A DNA stretch of 64,000 nucleotides from positions 85,064,001-85,128,000 of the forward strand of contig JAGIQG010000006.1 of assembly GCA_024679065.1 (NCBI GenBank), written 5' to 3'. The notes under the pieces were generated by a model. That model was given only the letters and a program-made list of their open reading frames with translations. It was not told the origin of the DNA and searched no databases. Each line of letters opens with the position of its first letter. Position 1 is the first letter of the stretch. Shown here one piece after another: positions 61,751 through 64,000 of the stretch. The stretch is from Sphyrna mokarran. Its lineage: Eukaryota. The translations under genes were made by a program, and so were the position numbers.

Positions 61751-62123
61751 TGGCAATCCACCAGATTGGCTACCATATCTTTGAATCAGGTATCAGGATG
61801 GTTGTTTGGTGGTCATGGCTAGCCCTTGCAATGCCTTGGCTGAAATCCCAAAACTTTTACAGAATTGAGTGTAGTGTAAGGGTCTGGCATATACATATAT
61901 TGACCAAAGTTTGGGGTCAGTGTAGTGTTAAGCAGGCATAAACAGAGACCTGGAGATAACTCGTAGCCCTGTACTCTTTACTTTGTGTGAATAGTTCTCA
62001 TAATTAATAAAGTCATCAGTTCCCTACTTAGACGTAAAAGATTTTGTTAAAACATTTCATTCTGTAACAAACACCCTCTGAACTGCAGACAAACCACCAG
62101 GAATATCATAAAAGAAAGACCAT

Positions 62124-62996
62124 GGGGTGATTCTTCCATCGCGTGCACATTCGGTAGAGGGCTCAAAGACCATTAAAATAGTCATTTGAGTACCATTTAA
62201 ATGCTATTAGCCGGTCCAGGACTGAAGTTTTCAGGTCGGCTAGCATTTCCTTGCCCTCTGGAGAGGTTCAGTCTCACGAGGAATACAGTAGCTCCTCACT
62301 GATGGAGAACTAGCAGCCCGAAGCCACTTGACTGAAGAGAGGCAAATGGGGCACCCCAGACGGTTGGACACCAAAGCAGTGCCCCCTAGGCATCGGCACC
62401 TTGGCTGCACTAACCTGGCCCCTCTAGCACTGCCTGAGGGGCAAATTATCAATGCCCAGGGGGTATCTTGGCACTGCCCATTAGGCATGGGGCAGTGCCA
62501 AGAGGTGGGGCATATGAGGGGCAATCCGTGGAGGTGGGGGGTCCTGCTGCCACTCTGCAGTCGGGGGTTGGCGGGGGAAGGAGAAAGATCAGCATTTAGG
62601 GCAGGCTGGTGGGTGGAGGGGACTGGGGGGTGGGGGGGCGGGGGTCGGGGTGGACCAGCGGTTTGGGCTGCGGGGCAAGTGGAGAGCCAGTATTGCGGGG
62701 CTCAGGGGGCTGTCCAGTGATCGAGTTGGCCAGCAATTGGGAGGCCAGCAGTGGAGGGCCACTGCGAACGCGCTGATCTTGGTGCTCTCAGATCGATGAA
62801 TGTGCAGTTGCCCACTCTGCGTGTTGATTTCAGCCTGTCTAGCGGGGATGGGCCCTCTAAAACTTAATGATATTCACGCTGATGCCCTCTGCAATGTGCA
62901 GTGTGGGAGATTCTTCTCTGAAAAAAATCAGAGTGAATTACTCCAGTTTTCACATAAATTCGACAGTTAGAATTTTTGAGGGGAGAATTTCGGCCC
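62124..62996. mobile_element. GC-rich non-autonomous DNA transposon (Harbinger-type MITE)
   Basis: Sharp GC-rich island; termini ggggtgattcttcc and ggagaatttcggccc are imperfect inverted repeats; internal tggcactgcc/ggcagtgcca palindromes. Confidence 0.65.
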
Positions 62997-64000
62997 ATGA
63001 GCGGGATTCTTTGGCTGCGTTGACCTAAAATTTCTGCCTGAGCTCAATGGACGTTTAAATGATTCATCAAATTGTCTGTCATGCCCATTCCAATTCCCAT
63101 GGTGGGTGAGACTGGAAATTTTCAGCCTATTAGAATTCTCCATATTCATGTTTAGATACTTAGCAAGTTAAAAGAGCAACTTTCAAGGATCCTTGCAGAT
63201 TGCTGTAATTTGAATTGTGTCACAATGAAGAATCGCTTTTTGCTTATAGAAGCTGAAACAAATGATGATGGAGTAGAGATAAAAACCCATCTCTCATCAC
63301 AGCGTGAAGAGGGAACAAAGGAAGAAGAGGATGTGAGGCAGGCTGACCTGCCAGATTAGATACGATAGAACTGTTCGCAAAACGTTTCTAATAAGTAAAC
63401 ATTACTCACCAAAAACATCACCACCCCTGACTGTTCTCATGTCATTCCCTCACAAGGTCAGAAGTTTCAATTCCCTGTGAAAATTTTTTTAAAATCAGAA
63501 GCCTGTGTGCGTAGGCCAATTTTATTCTCACAATGACATGTTCTCTTAAAAAAATTCAGAGAACCCAAATCATTCTACCCACAACTATTATGTTGCTGTT
63601 GAATTTCCTCTGGGGTTTTCCTGCCTGATTGTAGTAATGTCAGCAGGAAAAACATTGAAACCTTGAAAAAAAACAATAGATCTGTGATTCTTTCTTTGAA
63701 TTTATGGCAGCAGAAAAGAAATTCCCCCTCCTCCAGGATTTCTCCATCTTTTCACCCATTTGTCACACTTATGCTGGATAGGTTACTTGTTCCAGATCCT
63801 AATCTATTGTTTCAATGAGATGCTCGCTGACTGAAATTGGTCTGAGAGGGCCAACTGAGATGGCTCCTCCTAAATACCTGGTGAGTGTCTCTCATTGCAG
63901 GAAACTTGCTATTCAAGAGGGATGGGGTTCCAGCAGGCCTCTTCTGACAGTGATGAGAAATGACATACCATATATGAAGTTCCACCATATTCAGGCATTG

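Noticed and set aside
62520-62760. G-rich tract as a CpG-island promoter or G-quadruplex regulator
   Set aside because: It lies within the inverted-terminus element 62124-62996 and has no associated exon.
17600-64000. Exons of the expected convergent neighbour SLC12A2
   Set aside because: I found no sequence encoding its C-terminus (e.g. RGNHQSVLTFYS) on the minus strand; synteny cannot be confirmed from this window.

Overview
Repeat-rich vertebrate genomic DNA, most likely from a shark (inferred from HE1-type V-SINEs, CR1 LINEs and Penelope-derived elements typical of elasmobranchs). The only host gene I can support is the 3' end of fibrillin-2 (FBN2) on the + strand: four coding exons (5445-5564, 10742-10973, 15474-15645, 15951-16325) with canonical, phase-consistent GT-AG junctions, a furin site (RKRR/S), a 133-aa placensin/asprosin-like C-terminal peptide, and a 3'UTR carrying miRNA seed matches and a polyA signal. 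The introns and the ~46 kb downstream are a mosaic of transposon remains: CR1, Rex1/Babar-like and L2 LINEs, several tRNA-derived SINE families, a DeuSINE, a PIF/Harbinger transposase relic with MITE-like elements, and a Penelope-like element (PLE) with RT and GIY-YIG remnants. The most unusual signal is an RNA-level one. The PLE terminus encodes a minimal hammerhead ribozyme, and the same terminus recurs across the window as ~120-200 bp palindromic non-coding mini-elements, one of them bounded by a 14-bp target-site duplication. A second, unrelated terminus family carries a decayed hammerhead-like motif too. Repeat boundaries are approximate (read by eye), and family names come from recalled motifs, not database searches.
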